The translations under genes and the position numbers were made by a program. From contig OX597821.1 of NCBI GenBank assembly GCA_951406725.2, forward strand, positions 13,702,001 through 13,766,000: 64,000 nt of DNA, in the 5' to 3' direction. Each line of letters starts with the position of its first letter. Position 1 is the stretch's first letter. Of the stretch, positions 1 to 13,039 are shown piece by piece. Below the pieces are notes generated by a model. The model was not told the DNA's origin. It did not search any database and worked only from the letters and a program-made list of their open reading frames with translations. Origin of the DNA: Octopus vulgaris. Taxonomy: Eukaryota.

Positions 1-403
1 GGTTTAAAGTTATAACTCGTAATTATTTTATGAATCTCGTAAAATTAGAATGCCAAGTATACCTGAGCGGATTTGAACTCAAAACATATGCGCGAGATTG
101 TAAGTGCGCATGCGTACTGGTTTGTGAGCGTATGCGTGTATATATGTATGTATCTGTGTGTGTTATATCTATATGAGACTATATATGTATGTGGTTGCTA
201 CTTTTAAACTATTTTCTCGCCGATTATTTATGGATTAACAGTCTATATCAGGTGAAATAACAACCATATTTGAATATATTAGGATATTCAAACATCCTCC
301 CCTTCTGTAGATACAAACTTTAATCTTATGTTTCTGTTATGGCTCGAGAAGATATCTCGTATCTCTTTTGAAATTATTATTTCCAAATTAATATAAGGGC
401 AAC

Positions 404-620
404 CAAATATTGGTCTGAAATTATGGCGAAAAGCCAGTAATTTCGGATATGTGGTTAAGTCGATTATATCGATCTCAGTGCTCAACTAATACTCGTTTCA
501 TCGATCCCCAAAAGGATGAAAGGCAAATTCTACCCTGGCGAAATTCGTACATACAATGTAATGATGGGAAGTATACTGTTTAAGCATTCTGTCCAGCGCA
601 CTAACGATTCTGCCAGCTCG
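404..620 (-). mobile_element. SINE family B, diverged copy, tail type 3
   Basis: Reverse complement matches the 12808 copy (gaaaggatgaaaggcaaa...ctaacgattctgccagctcg); tail aaatattggtctgaaatt...gccagtaattt. Confidence 0.75.
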
Positions 621-644
621 TTAATGATTCTGCCTAGGAAAGGC

Positions 645-1303
645 AAATATTGATATCAAATTCTGGCACAATGCCAGCAATTTCGGGGAAGGAAATATGT
701 CGATTACATCGACCCCACCCCAGAGTTCAACTGGTGCTTATTTTATCAACTCCAAAATGATGAAAAGCAAAGTTGAATTGGTGGAATTTGAAGTCAGATC
801 GTGAAGGTAAGCGTAGGAGTGGCTGTGTGGTAAGTAGCTTGCTTACCAACCACATGGTTCCGGGTTCAGTCCCACTGCGTGGCACCTTGGGCAAGTGTCT
901 TCTACTATAGCCTCGAGCCGACAAAAGTCTTGTGAGTGGATTTGGTAGACGGAAACTGCAAGAAGACCGTCGTATATATGTATATATATATATGTATGTA
1001 TGTGTGTGTGTGTGTGTGTCTGTGTGTCTGTGTGTCTGTGTTTGTACCCCACCAACATTGCTTGACAACCGATGCTGGTGTGTTTACGTCCCCGTAACTT
1101 AGCGGTTCGGCAAAAGAGGCCGATAGAATAAGTAGTAGGCTTACAAAGAATAAGTCTTGGGATCGATTTGCTCGACTAAAGGCGGTGCTCCAGCATGACC
1201 ACAGTCAAATGACTGAAACAAGTAAAAGAGTAAAAAGAGAGTATAGACAAAAATGCCTTTAAAACCATTTTGCCCAGCGCCATAATGATTTCGATAGGTC
1301 GCC
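645..1303 (-). mobile_element. SINE family B, diverged, interrupted by a SINE A insertion (811-1243)
   Basis: B body at 645-808 resumes at 1244-1303 (gacaaaaatgcc...cattttgcccagcg...gtcgcc); caaatattg flanks both ends as a possible TSD. Confidence 0.7.
811..1243 (+). mobile_element. SINE family A, full length (tRNA-like head, CORE-like segment, internal TA/TG microsatellite)
   Basis: Head with A-box-like tggctgtgtgg and B-box-like ggttcagtccc; accttgggcaagt resembles the start of the CORE domain; tail (gtaaaaga)n; about 20 copies in the window. Confidence 0.9.
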
Positions 1304-3596
1304 AAATATTGCCATCAAGGACAGCCATTTATATCAACAGAACTGCAGTCAAATGACTGAAACAAATAAATGGTAAAAGATGTAAGGCGAGCTTCAGTAA
1401 CTTCTTACATCAGTATATAGGCTTCATTAAGACTGTGTATCGACATCTTACGAGCTTCAACAGGACTGTACATGTCTACGTAAATGTTTCACTAAAACTG
1501 TGTTCATACAAATGTACTTCAATGGAATTGTATATGTCTATACTTCGTTGCTATTATGTTAAATTGCCGTATGTCCAAATGTGGCCAAATGCGTTTTTGT
1601 TTTTTTTGGGGGGTTTTTTCGATATTTATTTTAGCTTGCAATAGCCGGTTCTTTTGGTCAAACTATCGTATCTCCAGTTGCTTCAAATGCCAAGAGCTCA
1701 AAAATTGTCAAAGTGTAGTATAACGATTTTGCTATGGAATGGGAAAACTATTTTTTGTTTTCTGAAAATGCAACGATATGTACTTACGACACTTTTGCAT
1801 AATAGCAATGATATGTACTTCAATATCTACTTACGTGCTTATTTATCTACATGTCTACATATGTGCTTTAATAGACCTGCATGTCCATATATGTATTTCA
1901 AGAACACTGTAAGTCTATGTGTGCTTTCAATTGGGCGTGTGTCTCTCTCTATGAGTTGTAAAAGCTGACAAATGTCATAAATATGGAAGTATGAATTCTG
2001 CTAAAACATTTCGTCATAATAATCTACAAATGTTTCAAAATATATTGTAGTCATGGGTTAGTCATCTAAAACTACGTGCGTGTGTGCGTGTGTGTGCACA
2101 CATACGCAAATTGACTCACTCATAAATATATATATATATATATGTATATATATACATTGACTCACCCATATACATATGTATATATATATGTATATTTATA
2201 CATACACATATGCAAAGATATATATATGTACAGGCACACACACACACACACGCACACACACACACATATATATATAAATTTATATATATATATATATATA
2301 CATACGTATGCACTTGAGAGAGAGATGTATATATATATTTATATGTATATACAGACATCATATATATAGATGTCTATATGTATATATAGACATCACAAAA
2401 TATATATGCACATAGGCATATATACTCACACGCATATATGTTTATATACGTTTGTGTGTACATATACACACGCACATATACATTACCTACATATACATAT
2501 GCATATACATACATGTATATATACATATGTGTGTATGTATACACACACACAGCAAGAATAAATAACAAAGGTAAAAAAAAAGGATGTATACATGCATGCA
2601 TAAAAACAATATAATATACATACATGAGTATATATATGCGTGTACCTATTTATAAATACATACGTTAGACAATGAGTTTCATTGTCCATTCATTTACTGT
2701 AACCTAATTATCAACAGATGTAACACATGGTTACTAGTTATTAATAAAAACCTCTGCTGCAGCTCTTTTCTTGTATGTTTATGATTGCCTACACAGGCAT
2801 CTGTGTCGGTAGCTCTACGTTATAGCATACTGGAATATGTGTGCTGGTGTCTGTTTGTAATCAGCGTGTGTGCAAACATATATATAGATACATGTATCCA
2901 CTTATGCTTGCATTCATACTCATATACATATAGGTATAGGTATAGATACGTACGTTGGTACGTACATATATAAATGCATAACCGAGGCATACAGCAATTC
3001 ATACTACTAATCAACTCGGACATCCACAAATCCCAAGAGTTGTCTGTCTTTGACTTAACAAAAGATCTTTGCTACTTAGGTTTGAATTTTGCTAAGAAAA
3101 AAATATTAAAGACAAAACGAACTTACATACATACATACATTCATACGTGCGTACGTATATTCTTATATACGTACATACTTAAAATATACATACGTTCGTA
3201 CTTAGATACATACATACAGACATACATTCGTACTTACATGCGCACATACAATCGTACATATATTCGTACATATGTTCATGCACATGTACACGTTTATTCC
3301 TACATACATAAAAACATACATGCTTTCGTACATGTGGACATACAAGCAAAATTACATGCATACATAAAGACAGGCATAATATCTAGTGCACCTTTAGATA
3401 ATATATCTAAAGGCAACAGCTGATGCTATTTTCTAGGAATTAATATCGAAGATTCGGCTTACAAAATAAGTCGCTGTCCGTAAATGTCACTGCGATATTA
3501 TCTGCCTAAAAGCATGATGTGGAGATGAAAACCCTAGATCTAGATGATCCTTAGAATGCTGTAAAAGAACGCATAAAAACATAAATAAAAAGATTT

Positions 3597-3719
3597 ACTG
3601 GCGTGGCTGTGTGATTAAGACCCACTTTGCAGATCCTTGGGCAAAACCTGTCTACTTATAGCCCCGGATTGACTATTGTTACGTAAATGAATTTTGTATA
3701 CGCCATGTAGAAGCCCATC

Positions 3720-3773
<54 letters not shown>

Positions 3774-3902
3774 GACGGGCTTCTTTCAGTTTCCGTCTAC
3801 CAAATCCAATCACAAGGTGCCACGCAGTAGGACTGAACCCGGAATCATGTAGTTGGAAGCAAGCTTCTTACTACAAATCCACGCCTGCGCCTGCAACCAC
3901 GT

Positions 3903-3952
<50 letters not shown>

Positions 3953-4232
3953 CACACACGCACAAATGCACACACATATGCATGCATGTATGTCAAGTAT
4001 ATGTTTGTATGTTTTTGTATTTGTGTTTGTCCCACAACCACCACTTGTCAACCTTTACTGGTTTGTTTACGTCCAAGTAACCTAGTAGGTTGACAAAAGT
4101 AACCAATAAAATAAGCACCACCTTTAAATAAAAACCTAGTAAGTACCGGGGTCGATTTGTTCGACAAAACCCTTCAACGTGGTGCCCCAGATTGGCCACA
4201 GTCCATTTATTTAACCAAGTAAATGATAAAGA
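3597..4232 (+). mobile_element. Diverged SINE A (5' half 3597-3723, 3' half ~4015-4232) with an inverted SINE A 5' half (3772-3892) inside its TA tract
   Basis: Halves align to family A; the internal piece acgacgggcttctttcagtttccgtctac...cctgcgcctg is the reverse complement of the A 5' half. Confidence 0.75.
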
Positions 4233-4666
4233 ACACAGAAAGGAATCGCGATGACATTCCCACCCATAATACAAAATAATAACTGTAAAATCTAGCGGCA
4301 AAATCCCTGTGAAATTACCGTATAACAGATCAAACATCAGATTAGGAATTGTACGCTACAGTTGAAACCAGTTGTCCAGCAGACGTTAGCATGTTGTCAA
4401 AGATCAAAGAATAAGGAACATCAATAATGAACTAATGAGAAATCTGATGTCACCTGAGCAGTAGATTATTGTTTATTCCTGTAATTAATGCGGCGCTCTG
4501 GTATGTAATTAATTAACTGCTTCGAAATGCAATCTTGAGAATCTGGGATAATAATACGGCATAAGAATTACATTCATAATTACAAACATTAATGGACCAT
4601 TAGAGATATGTACAGTATTTCCCATTATATATACATATGTGTATTTATCTGAATTACGGCAATATA

Positions 4667-4718
<52 letters not shown>

Positions 4719-4720
<2 letters not shown>

Positions 4721-5101
4721 CGCAGGAGTGCTGTGTAGTAAGTAGCTTGCTAACCAACCACAAGGTTCCGGGTTCAGTCCCACTGCGTGGCATCTTGGGT
4801 AAGTGTCTTCTGCTATAGCCCCGGGCAGACCAATGCCTTGTGAGTGGATTTGGTAGACGGAAACTGAAAGAAGCCTGTCGTATATTTGTATATATATATA
4901 TGTATGTATGTGTGCGTCTGTGTTTGTCTCCCTAGCATTGCTTGACAACCGATGCTGCTGTGTTTACGTCCCCGTCACTTAGCGGTTCGGCAAAAAAGAC
5001 CGATAGAATAAGTACTGGGCTTACAAAGAATAAGTCCTGGGGTCGATTTGCTCGACTAAAGGCGGTGCTCCAGCATGGCCGCAGTCAAATGACTGAAAAG
5101 A

Positions 5102-5103
<2 letters not shown>
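4719..5103 (+). mobile_element. SINE A, full length, flanked by (TA)n
   Basis: ggcgcaggagtg...gactgaaaagagta, near identical to 811-1243. Confidence 0.9.
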
Positions 5104-5131
<28 letters not shown>

Positions 5132-5136
<5 letters not shown>

Positions 5137-5350
5137 TTTTTTTTCAATATGTGACCGCGTGTGTATCGTTGGCGATTTTCTTTCCCCATCTTCCCTTCCT
5201 TGGACCTTTCCTTTTTCTATGTTTCTGACGAAGAGCTCCGCTCGAAACGTTAAATCCTCCTTCTTTATTTCCTTTCTTGAGTGTCCAATAACACTATACT
5301 TGTTCCACGTGCTCGCGTTGTTGTGTTTTCTCTTTGTTCATGTTTGGATT

Positions 5351-5355
<5 letters not shown>
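5132..5355 (+). mobile_element. (TA)n-embedded element family P1 with hammerhead-like motif
   Basis: Between two (TA)n tracts; homologous to 45378-45590 (minus), 17982-18113 and 15459-15613. Confidence 0.7.
5221..5255 (+). ncRNA. Minimal type I hammerhead-ribozyme-like motif
   Basis: gttt-CTGACGA-a-GAGC tcc GCTC-GAAA-cg-TT-aaat: core boxes, 4-bp helix II, palindromic AACGTT helix III region, short helix I. Confidence 0.6.
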
Positions 5356-5435
<80 letters not shown>

Positions 5436-5523
5436 TACAGAGAGTGAGAGAGAGATACATACATACATACATAGGTAGATAGATAGATGTGTGTGAGTAT
5501 AAATATAAATATATATCTATAAA

Positions 5524-5583
<60 letters not shown>

Positions 5584-5606
5584 ATATATACATATATGTA
5601 TATATG

Positions 5607-5641
<35 letters not shown>

Positions 5642-6198
5642 ATGTATGTATGAACACTTACATGTTTGTTCATAAGCACACAAATGTATAGATACATAAA
5701 GACATACATACATACATGAGTACTTCATCCAACATACATATATATACACATACATAGCGTAAGCATACATGGGCAGCATATATACACAGCATATATACAC
5801 GGCTTACAGAGCATGTTTGTAGCCAGTTGATGTTTAATCTATATCTATAAAATTCTAAATAAAAGTGCCTTGTTCGTAGGTTGGAAATCGGTTTGTGCGT
5901 GCGTGTGTGTGTGTGTGTGTGTGTCTGAGTGTGCGTGTGTGTATGTGTGTGTTTGTATGAGTGTGTGTTGAGCACCTTTATGTATACGTGTTGGCTGTAT
6001 AAATGTAACTGCATGTCTATGTATGCATATGGTTACATATGTATAGAGGCATGCACACACACACACATATATATATACATATATATATACATCTGTGTGT
6101 GTGTATGTACGCATGTATATACACACGCACTCATGTATATATGAATATAGGTATATATGTATAAATATGTATAATTTTTGTGTATATATTTATCCATT

Positions 6199-6245
<47 letters not shown>

Positions 6246-6273
6246 GTGTGTGTGCTTATGTGCACATGCACAC

Positions 6274-6305
<32 letters not shown>

Positions 6306-6746
6306 TCATTTGTGCCTGGGTGTTAATCTCATCTTTTACGCTGTCATGATTTTGTATATTCAAAGCCAAAATTTATGGTGGTTTCTGTAAGAACGAAAAG
6401 TAATTTTACGTTTACTTTTCGGATTTTGGTGAAAATTGTTCAATAATTGGATTTGTGAATGTGAGTGTATGGGGGTGGAGGGTCTCAGGTGCATAAATAA
6501 TAAGATTGGTGGGGTGAAAATGCTATTTTAATATGTTCTGTGAAAAGAACTGCACCAAGGTGATAACGTCATGCATTCCGAACAGATAATTAATGAAAGA
6601 CAAAAAATAGTTATAATTTTTAGCGCTTCGATGCATTCAAATTTCATTCATAGCCTATCAAAAATTTATACATAAGATTTTGCTTATGTATTTAGACAGA
6701 TATATTTATTATTCATATGTATATGAGGATAAAGAGGGAGATAAGC

Positions 6747-6747
<1 letters not shown>

Positions 6748-6835
<88 letters not shown>

Positions 6836-6858
6836 CAGAAAGATAGGTAGATAGATAC
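6748..6858. repeat. (GATA)n microsatellite
   Basis: Direct observation; similar tracts near 24428-24680, 26843-26895, 39205-39312, 41690-41776 and 52725-52778. Confidence 0.95.
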
Positions 6859-7012
6859 ATATTTATATATATTTGTATATATATATATGTGTGTGTATAT
6901 ATATATATATGCATATATATATATGTATAGATATATATGAGTGTGTATATTTATACATATATATATATTTATGCATATATATATATGCACATATATATGT
7001 TTATGTATATAT

Positions 7013-7043
<31 letters not shown>

Positions 7044-7074
7044 ATATATATATATGTATGGACATGTATCTCTC

Positions 7075-7120
<46 letters not shown>

Positions 7121-7527
7121 CGTACGTACGTACGTATGTATGTATGTATGTATACATACTAGTCGGCTGAAAAGTTACAGAAATTATTCTTATTCAAGAC
7201 TGAAGAATTTTCTGCGTGACTCTCATCAGATTAGAGCCATGTATCTTGGCCTTCTGTCACTTTTGGTACTTTTGAGCCGATTGTGCACACGCTCGCATGT
7301 GTGTGTATGTGTGTGCAAATGCACACCTGTTTTTTGATGTGTCCAAATTCTATAATTTCTCCAGGATGAAATAATCTGGTGAACCAGGTTATTTTCTTAT
7401 ACCCCAGGTTTCGTACAGATGTCATTATTGAACCAACGTGTGAAAGAAGAAATAGAACATAAAAATCAAATGAAAATGTCTTTTTCAGTTGGAAACCAGA
7501 TTTTTCTTCATTAACTCGGATATTTTA

Positions 7528-7786
7528 TATTTTACCTGTTTCAGCCATTTGACGGCGGCCATGCTAGGGTACTGCCTTGAAAAGTTTTTAGTCAAAGGAA
7601 TCGATCCCTGTACTTAGGTTTTTAAGCCTGATATTTATACAGTCCTTCACCTTTGTCAAACTGTTAAGTTACGGAAACGTAAAAGAACCAACACCGGTTG
7701 TCATATGGTGTCAGGGAACATAAGCACAAAAATGCATAAGCATACACACATATACACACATACAAATACGTGCCTCTGTGTGTGTT

Positions 7787-7827
<41 letters not shown>

Positions 7828-7988
7828 TTGTGTGTGTGTATGTGTGTGTTTATCTGACAGGCTTCTTTCAGTTTCCTTCTGCCAAATTCGCTCAAGAGGC
7901 TTTATTCGGTCCGGGTGTATAACAACCGACACCTGAACCATGTGGTTGGAAAACAAACTTCCTACCACACATCCATGCTTGCGCCTAT
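7528..7988 (-). mobile_element. Diverged SINE A
   Basis: tgtttcagccatttgacggcggccatgct...ggcttctttcagtttcc...catgcttgcgcct aligns to the reverse complement of A. Confidence 0.75.
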
Positions 7989-8582
7989 ACACAGCCGCGC
8001 CTGTGCCTACCTCCTAGCTATAAATTTTAAAATAAAGTCACAACTTTACATATATTCTATTCACCATGTTTACCACGATCGTGTTCCTACAGCTGAATTC
8101 TTCTTTTGTGTTAACAACTAACAGGGATGACGTCATGTGTATCATGATAGCTGTTGACCCGTTGACCCGTTCTACTTCCTGTGCTTCAGCTACCACCGTT
8201 GCGAGTTCACGAAAACAGAAATAACACGAGAGAGAGATAGTAAGAGAGGTGGTTGTAAACGACATAGATACATACATTATATGCTGGTCTAATGTTTATG
8301 TTCATGTTGACTTTTCAAAGCCAACACCTAATTCGCCTGACAAAGACCATATTGTCAATGTATTACATACATGAGATGAGATGAATTTCGTTCCAAGAAT
8401 CTTCAATAAAATCTATTTAAAGTTGCCTTGTTTGTATGTGTATGTATGTTTATGTAAATTTGAACTTATGGCTCATAGTTCCGTGTATTTCTTGAAATTC
8501 ACGTCCTAACACAAATAAATCCATTCTGGTATCATCCCTGACACCACCATCTTCACTTTTGCTCTTGCACAAGCGTATACAT

Positions 8583-8629
<47 letters not shown>

Positions 8630-8653
8630 TTTGTGCGTGTGGTGTATGTGTAT

Positions 8654-8825
8654 CTCTTTACTCTTTACTCTTTTACTTGTTTCACTCATTTGACTGCGGC
8701 CATGCTGGAGTACCGCCTTCAGTCAAGCAAATCGACCCCAGGACTTATTCTTTGTAAGCCCAGTACTTATTCTATCGGTCTCTTTTGCCGACACCAGCAT
8801 CAGTTGTCAAGTGATGTTGCGGGGA

Positions 8826-8886
<61 letters not shown>

Positions 8887-9064
8887 ACATACATATATAT
8901 ACGGCGGGCTTCTTTCAGTTTCCGTCCACCAAATCCACTCACAAGGCTTTGGTCGGCCCGAGGCTATAGTATTCACTACAGTCACCACAATCATCGTTGT
9001 TGTCGTCGTCGTAGTGATCGTCTCAATCATCGCCATCAACGCTACCATCACGCACTACATCTCC

Positions 9065-9105
<41 letters not shown>

Positions 9106-9759
9106 TACTATCATCATTATCATCGACAGTAGCTGCAGCAACAAAAAATCACTTCAACGTTCACAACAGATACCTAATTCTCGAGTATCGATTAATAATG
9201 AAGTAAAAATAAAACGAAAAAAAAAAAATAAAACAAGAAAAGAAATTTAATGAATGCATAACAGGTTATATTAATCAATTATTTTTTCTACGTAATGAAT
9301 ACATAATTAGTAATAAGTCTTGCTTTACAATAAATTTTGGAGATATGATATAGCAGTAGTCAAAATACTTCAGATCATTTAGTTTATAAAAGCTAGGCTT
9401 GAGACTAAGAAATATCCCTCTGATGTAATATTATGAATTGTTTCTGTGGTCTTAAACCAACAAACGACTTTCTGCTAGATATGGCAACCAAATCTTAAAG
9501 AGTGAGTGTGTAGATTTTACAAATCCATAGAAAAATATGTTTACGGCTCGTATGTTTTTCATCATACCTCATTTGTTGGGTATCTACTCTTTTACTCTTT
9601 AGTCTTTTATTTGTTTCACTCATTTGACTGCGGCCATGCTGGAGTACCGCCTTCAGTCAAGCAAATCGACCCCAGGACTTATTCTTTGTAAGCCCAGTAC
9701 TTATTCTATCGGTCTCTTTTGCCGATACCAGCATCGGTTGTCAAGTGATGTTGCGGGGA

Positions 9760-9802
<43 letters not shown>

Positions 9803-10510
9803 ACATACATATATATACGGCGGGCTTCTTTCAGTTTCCGTCCACCAAATCCACTCACAAGGCTTTGGTCGGCCCGAGGCTATAGTATTCACTACAGTCA
9901 CCACAATCATCGTTGTTGTCGTCGTCGTAGTGATCGTCTCAATCATCGCCATCAACGCTACCATCACCACTACCACCATCATCATCATCATCATCATCAT
10001 TACTATCATCATTATCATCGACAGTAGCTGCAGCAACAACAAATCACTTCAACGTTCACAACAGATACCTAATTCTCGAGTATCGATTAATAATGAAGTA
10101 AAAATAAAACGAAAAAAAAAAATAAAACAAGAAAAGAAATTTAATGAATGCATAACAGGTTATATTAATCAATTATTTTTTCTACGTAATGAATACATAA
10201 TTAGTAATAAGTCTTGCTTTACAATAAATTTTGGAGATATGATATAGCAGTAGTCAAAATACTTCAGATCATTTAGTTTATAAAAGCTAGGCTTGAGACT
10301 AAGAAATATCCCTCTGATGTAATATTATGAATTGTTTCTGTGGTCTTAAACCAACAAACGACTTTCTGCTAGATATGGCAACCAAATCTTAAAGAGTGAG
10401 TGTGTAGATTTTACAAATCCATAGAAAAATATGTTTACGGCTCGTATGTTTTTCATCATACCTCATTTGTTGGGTATCTACTCTTTTACTCTTTAGTCTT
10501 TTATTTGTTT
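8654..10510. repeat. Tandem duplication of ~0.9 kb (about 8680-9615 and 9615-10510), each unit holding a truncated SINE A (minus) plus unique sequence
   Basis: Near-identical text (e.g. gtattcactacagtcaccacaatc...gggtatctactctttt) occurs twice; differences are mainly microsatellite length. Confidence 0.95.
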
Positions 10511-10651
10511 CAGTCATTTGACTGCGGCCATGCTGGAGCACCGCCTTTAGTCGAGCAAATCGCCCCCAGGACTTATTCTTTGTAAGCCTAGTACTTATTC
10601 TATCTGTCTCTTTTGCCGAACCGCTAAGTTACGGGGAATGAATCCAGAACC

Positions 10652-10695
<44 letters not shown>

Positions 10696-10846
10696 GTGAC
10701 GGATTTCTTTCAGTTTCCATCTACCAAATCCACTCACAGGGCTTTGTACTGCCCGAGGCTATAGAAGACATTTGCCCAAGGTACCACGTAGTGGGACTGA
10801 ACCCGGTACCATTTGGTTGGGAAGCAAGCTTCTTACCACACATCCG
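10481..10846 (-). mobile_element. SINE A with internal deletion
   Basis: Tail ctcttttactc...; 5' half ggatttctttcagtttcc...cttaccacacatcc. Confidence 0.85.
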
Positions 10847-10904
10847 CTACTGTGAAAAAAATATATATATATATAATTGGGACAATGTATATGTGCATGT
10901 ATAT

Positions 10905-10936
<32 letters not shown>

Positions 10937-11517
10937 CGTGCGTGCGTGTGTGTGTGCTGTGTGTGTGTGTGTAACATACATGCACACACACGTTGTCCCA
11001 ATTAACATTCTTTACTAGAACGATAAACGAGACGGCCATATGTTTACTAGTCATTATTTATAAAGTAGATATAATGACTGAAACGGAAATGAAGTATGTG
11101 TGTATATATATATATAATCGGGGGTATGTGCGTTTGTGTGTGGGTGTGTGTGTGTATTTCCGGGTCAGGTGTTGTCTAGTTGGAGGGGGTGGGGTTGCTG
11201 ATGAGGATGATGTCAGCTAGGTATGAGAGAGAGAGAGAAAGAGAGAGTAGGTATTTTGAAGCAAATGGTGCTTATCGAAATAGCTAGGTCCTTATATATA
11301 AAAGATATGAACAGCTGGGAAGCGAGAGAGAGATAGGGAGGATGAGTAAGAGGGTGAGAGAGAGAGGGGGGATGAGTAAGAGGGTGAGGGAGAGAGAGAG
11401 TGGCAGTGGACCCAAAAGTGATCTATTTGTTCACCTCAACCGTCCGTCAGATATTCGACATTCTGCAGGAATCACTCTGTTTTTGAACAAACAGCACCGC
11501 CGCCTCCAAAGTAACCC

Positions 11518-11665
11518 GTTGCCATAGTAATCGTTTTCTTGTCATCAATGTGTGGGCGGGTCGGCCGGCTGGCCGGTTGGTCGGCTGGTCGGTCGGCCGC
11601 CCGTCCGGCCGTCCATGATTATAAACACATGAGTTTAAATGGGAGGTTGTCACGTGATATCCAAT
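11518..11665. promoter_or_regulatory. Possible cis-regulatory island (X-box-like, GC-rich, E-box, CCAAT)
   Basis: gttgccatagtaat (11518-11531, RFX X-box-like), GC-rich (ggyc)n stretch, gtcacgtgat (11649-11658), ccaat (11661-11665). Motif co-occurrence only. Confidence 0.25.
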
Positions 11666-12335
11666 AAAGAAGTGTTGTTTGGTGCTTCTTCTCCTTCTGC
11701 TGCTGCTGCTGCTGCTTCTGTTGTTGCTGCTGTTGCTGTTTGCTATCGATGTTGGTGCGTGGTTGTGTGGGAGAAAGGACAAAAAAAACTCCCTGTCTAT
11801 CTCATGGACACATGAAACAAACAGGAGCTATGGCGTTGATGATGATGATGACGACGATGATGATGCCTTAATGGTGGACGTGGTGGTGGTGGTAATAGCT
11901 AAAGGTCGCTAATATTTGTGAAGAAATGTTTCACAAACTGAATCATTTCACGCGCCATGTTCTTTACAGAAAATAACATTTCGGTTCATTTTGCACATAG
12001 CGTGTGTGTACATGCATGTGTTCATAGGTATGTACATGTATGGGCTTATGTGTGTGTAACTATATGCGGGCATTCCTTCGATATAGCTCGACAAAAATCA
12101 AAACATTTCACTTCGGGTATTTCCGTGGAAGCAAATGACAGTTCGATTCTGTTTTCTGCTTGGAAATTTGCGGATTTTACATAGACACGTGAAACAGGTA
12201 AGAACAAATATGCAAGGCTTTTATTTTTCTTCAAGCTTAAAATGAGACATTGCTGGCATAATTTCGTTATATCTATCCTCCACAACCCACGGAAGTACCC
12301 GAAGTGAAATGTTTGGATTTTGTCGAGTTATATCT

Positions 12336-12567
12336 GTTTCTTTATTACCCACAAGGGGCTAAACACAGAGGGGACGAACAAGGACAGACAAACGGATTAA
12401 GTCGAATATATCGACCCCAGTGCGTAACTGGTACTTATTTAATCGACCCCGAAAGGATGAAAGGCAAAGTTCACCTCGGCGGAATTTGAACTCAGAACGT
12501 AGCGGCAGACGAAATACCGCAAAGTGTTTCGCCCGGCGTGCTAACGAATCTGCCAGTTCGCCGCCTT
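12336..12567 (-). mobile_element. SINE B, full length, tail type 1
   Basis: Reverse complement of the 12808-13039 copy with few mismatches. Confidence 0.9.
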
Positions 12568-12807
12568 AAATCGCTACTAAAATAATGGCTGCAATAACTT
12601 ACCTTGCCCTATTCTTTGTGTTCGGTGTTTTTAAACAAGGAATGGCTCTGGGCGCCCACCAGACAGAAATAAGGATCAAAGTGGTCCATAGATGAAAAGA
12701 TAGTTGAGAACCACTTATTTAAGAGACATCATTCGATAATGCATTCGTTGTTATATTGAATCAACTGTGATTACGTTAGACAAGGCTGGATGGTATTTGA
12801 AATATTG

Positions 12808-13039
12808 GGCGAGCTGGCAGAAACGTTAGCGCGCCGGGCGAAATGCTTAGCGGTATTTCGTCAGTCGTTACGTTCTGAGTTCAAATTCCGCCGAGGTCGA
12901 CTTTGCCTTTCATCCTTTTGGGGTCGATTAAATTAAGTACCAGTTACGCACTGGGGTCGATGTAATCGACTTAATACCTATGTCTGTCCTTGTTTGCCCC
13001 ATCTATGTTTAGTCCCTTGAGGGTAATAAAGAAATAGGA
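12808..13039 (+). mobile_element. SINE B, full length, tail type 1, with 14-bp TSD
   Basis: Head ggcgagctggcagaaacgttag, B-box-like gagttcaaattcc, body gtcgactttgcctttcatcc; TSD atttgaaatattgg at 12795-12808 and 13040-13053. Confidence 0.92.

Noticed and set aside
7190-7235. Minus-strand CTGATGA...GAAA
   Set aside because: Helices I and II do not pair convincingly; likely chance or a DNA-transposon relic.
8633-10247. Two paralogous ~205-aa ORFs
   Set aside because: SINE A plus (CAT)n read-through copied by the tandem duplication.
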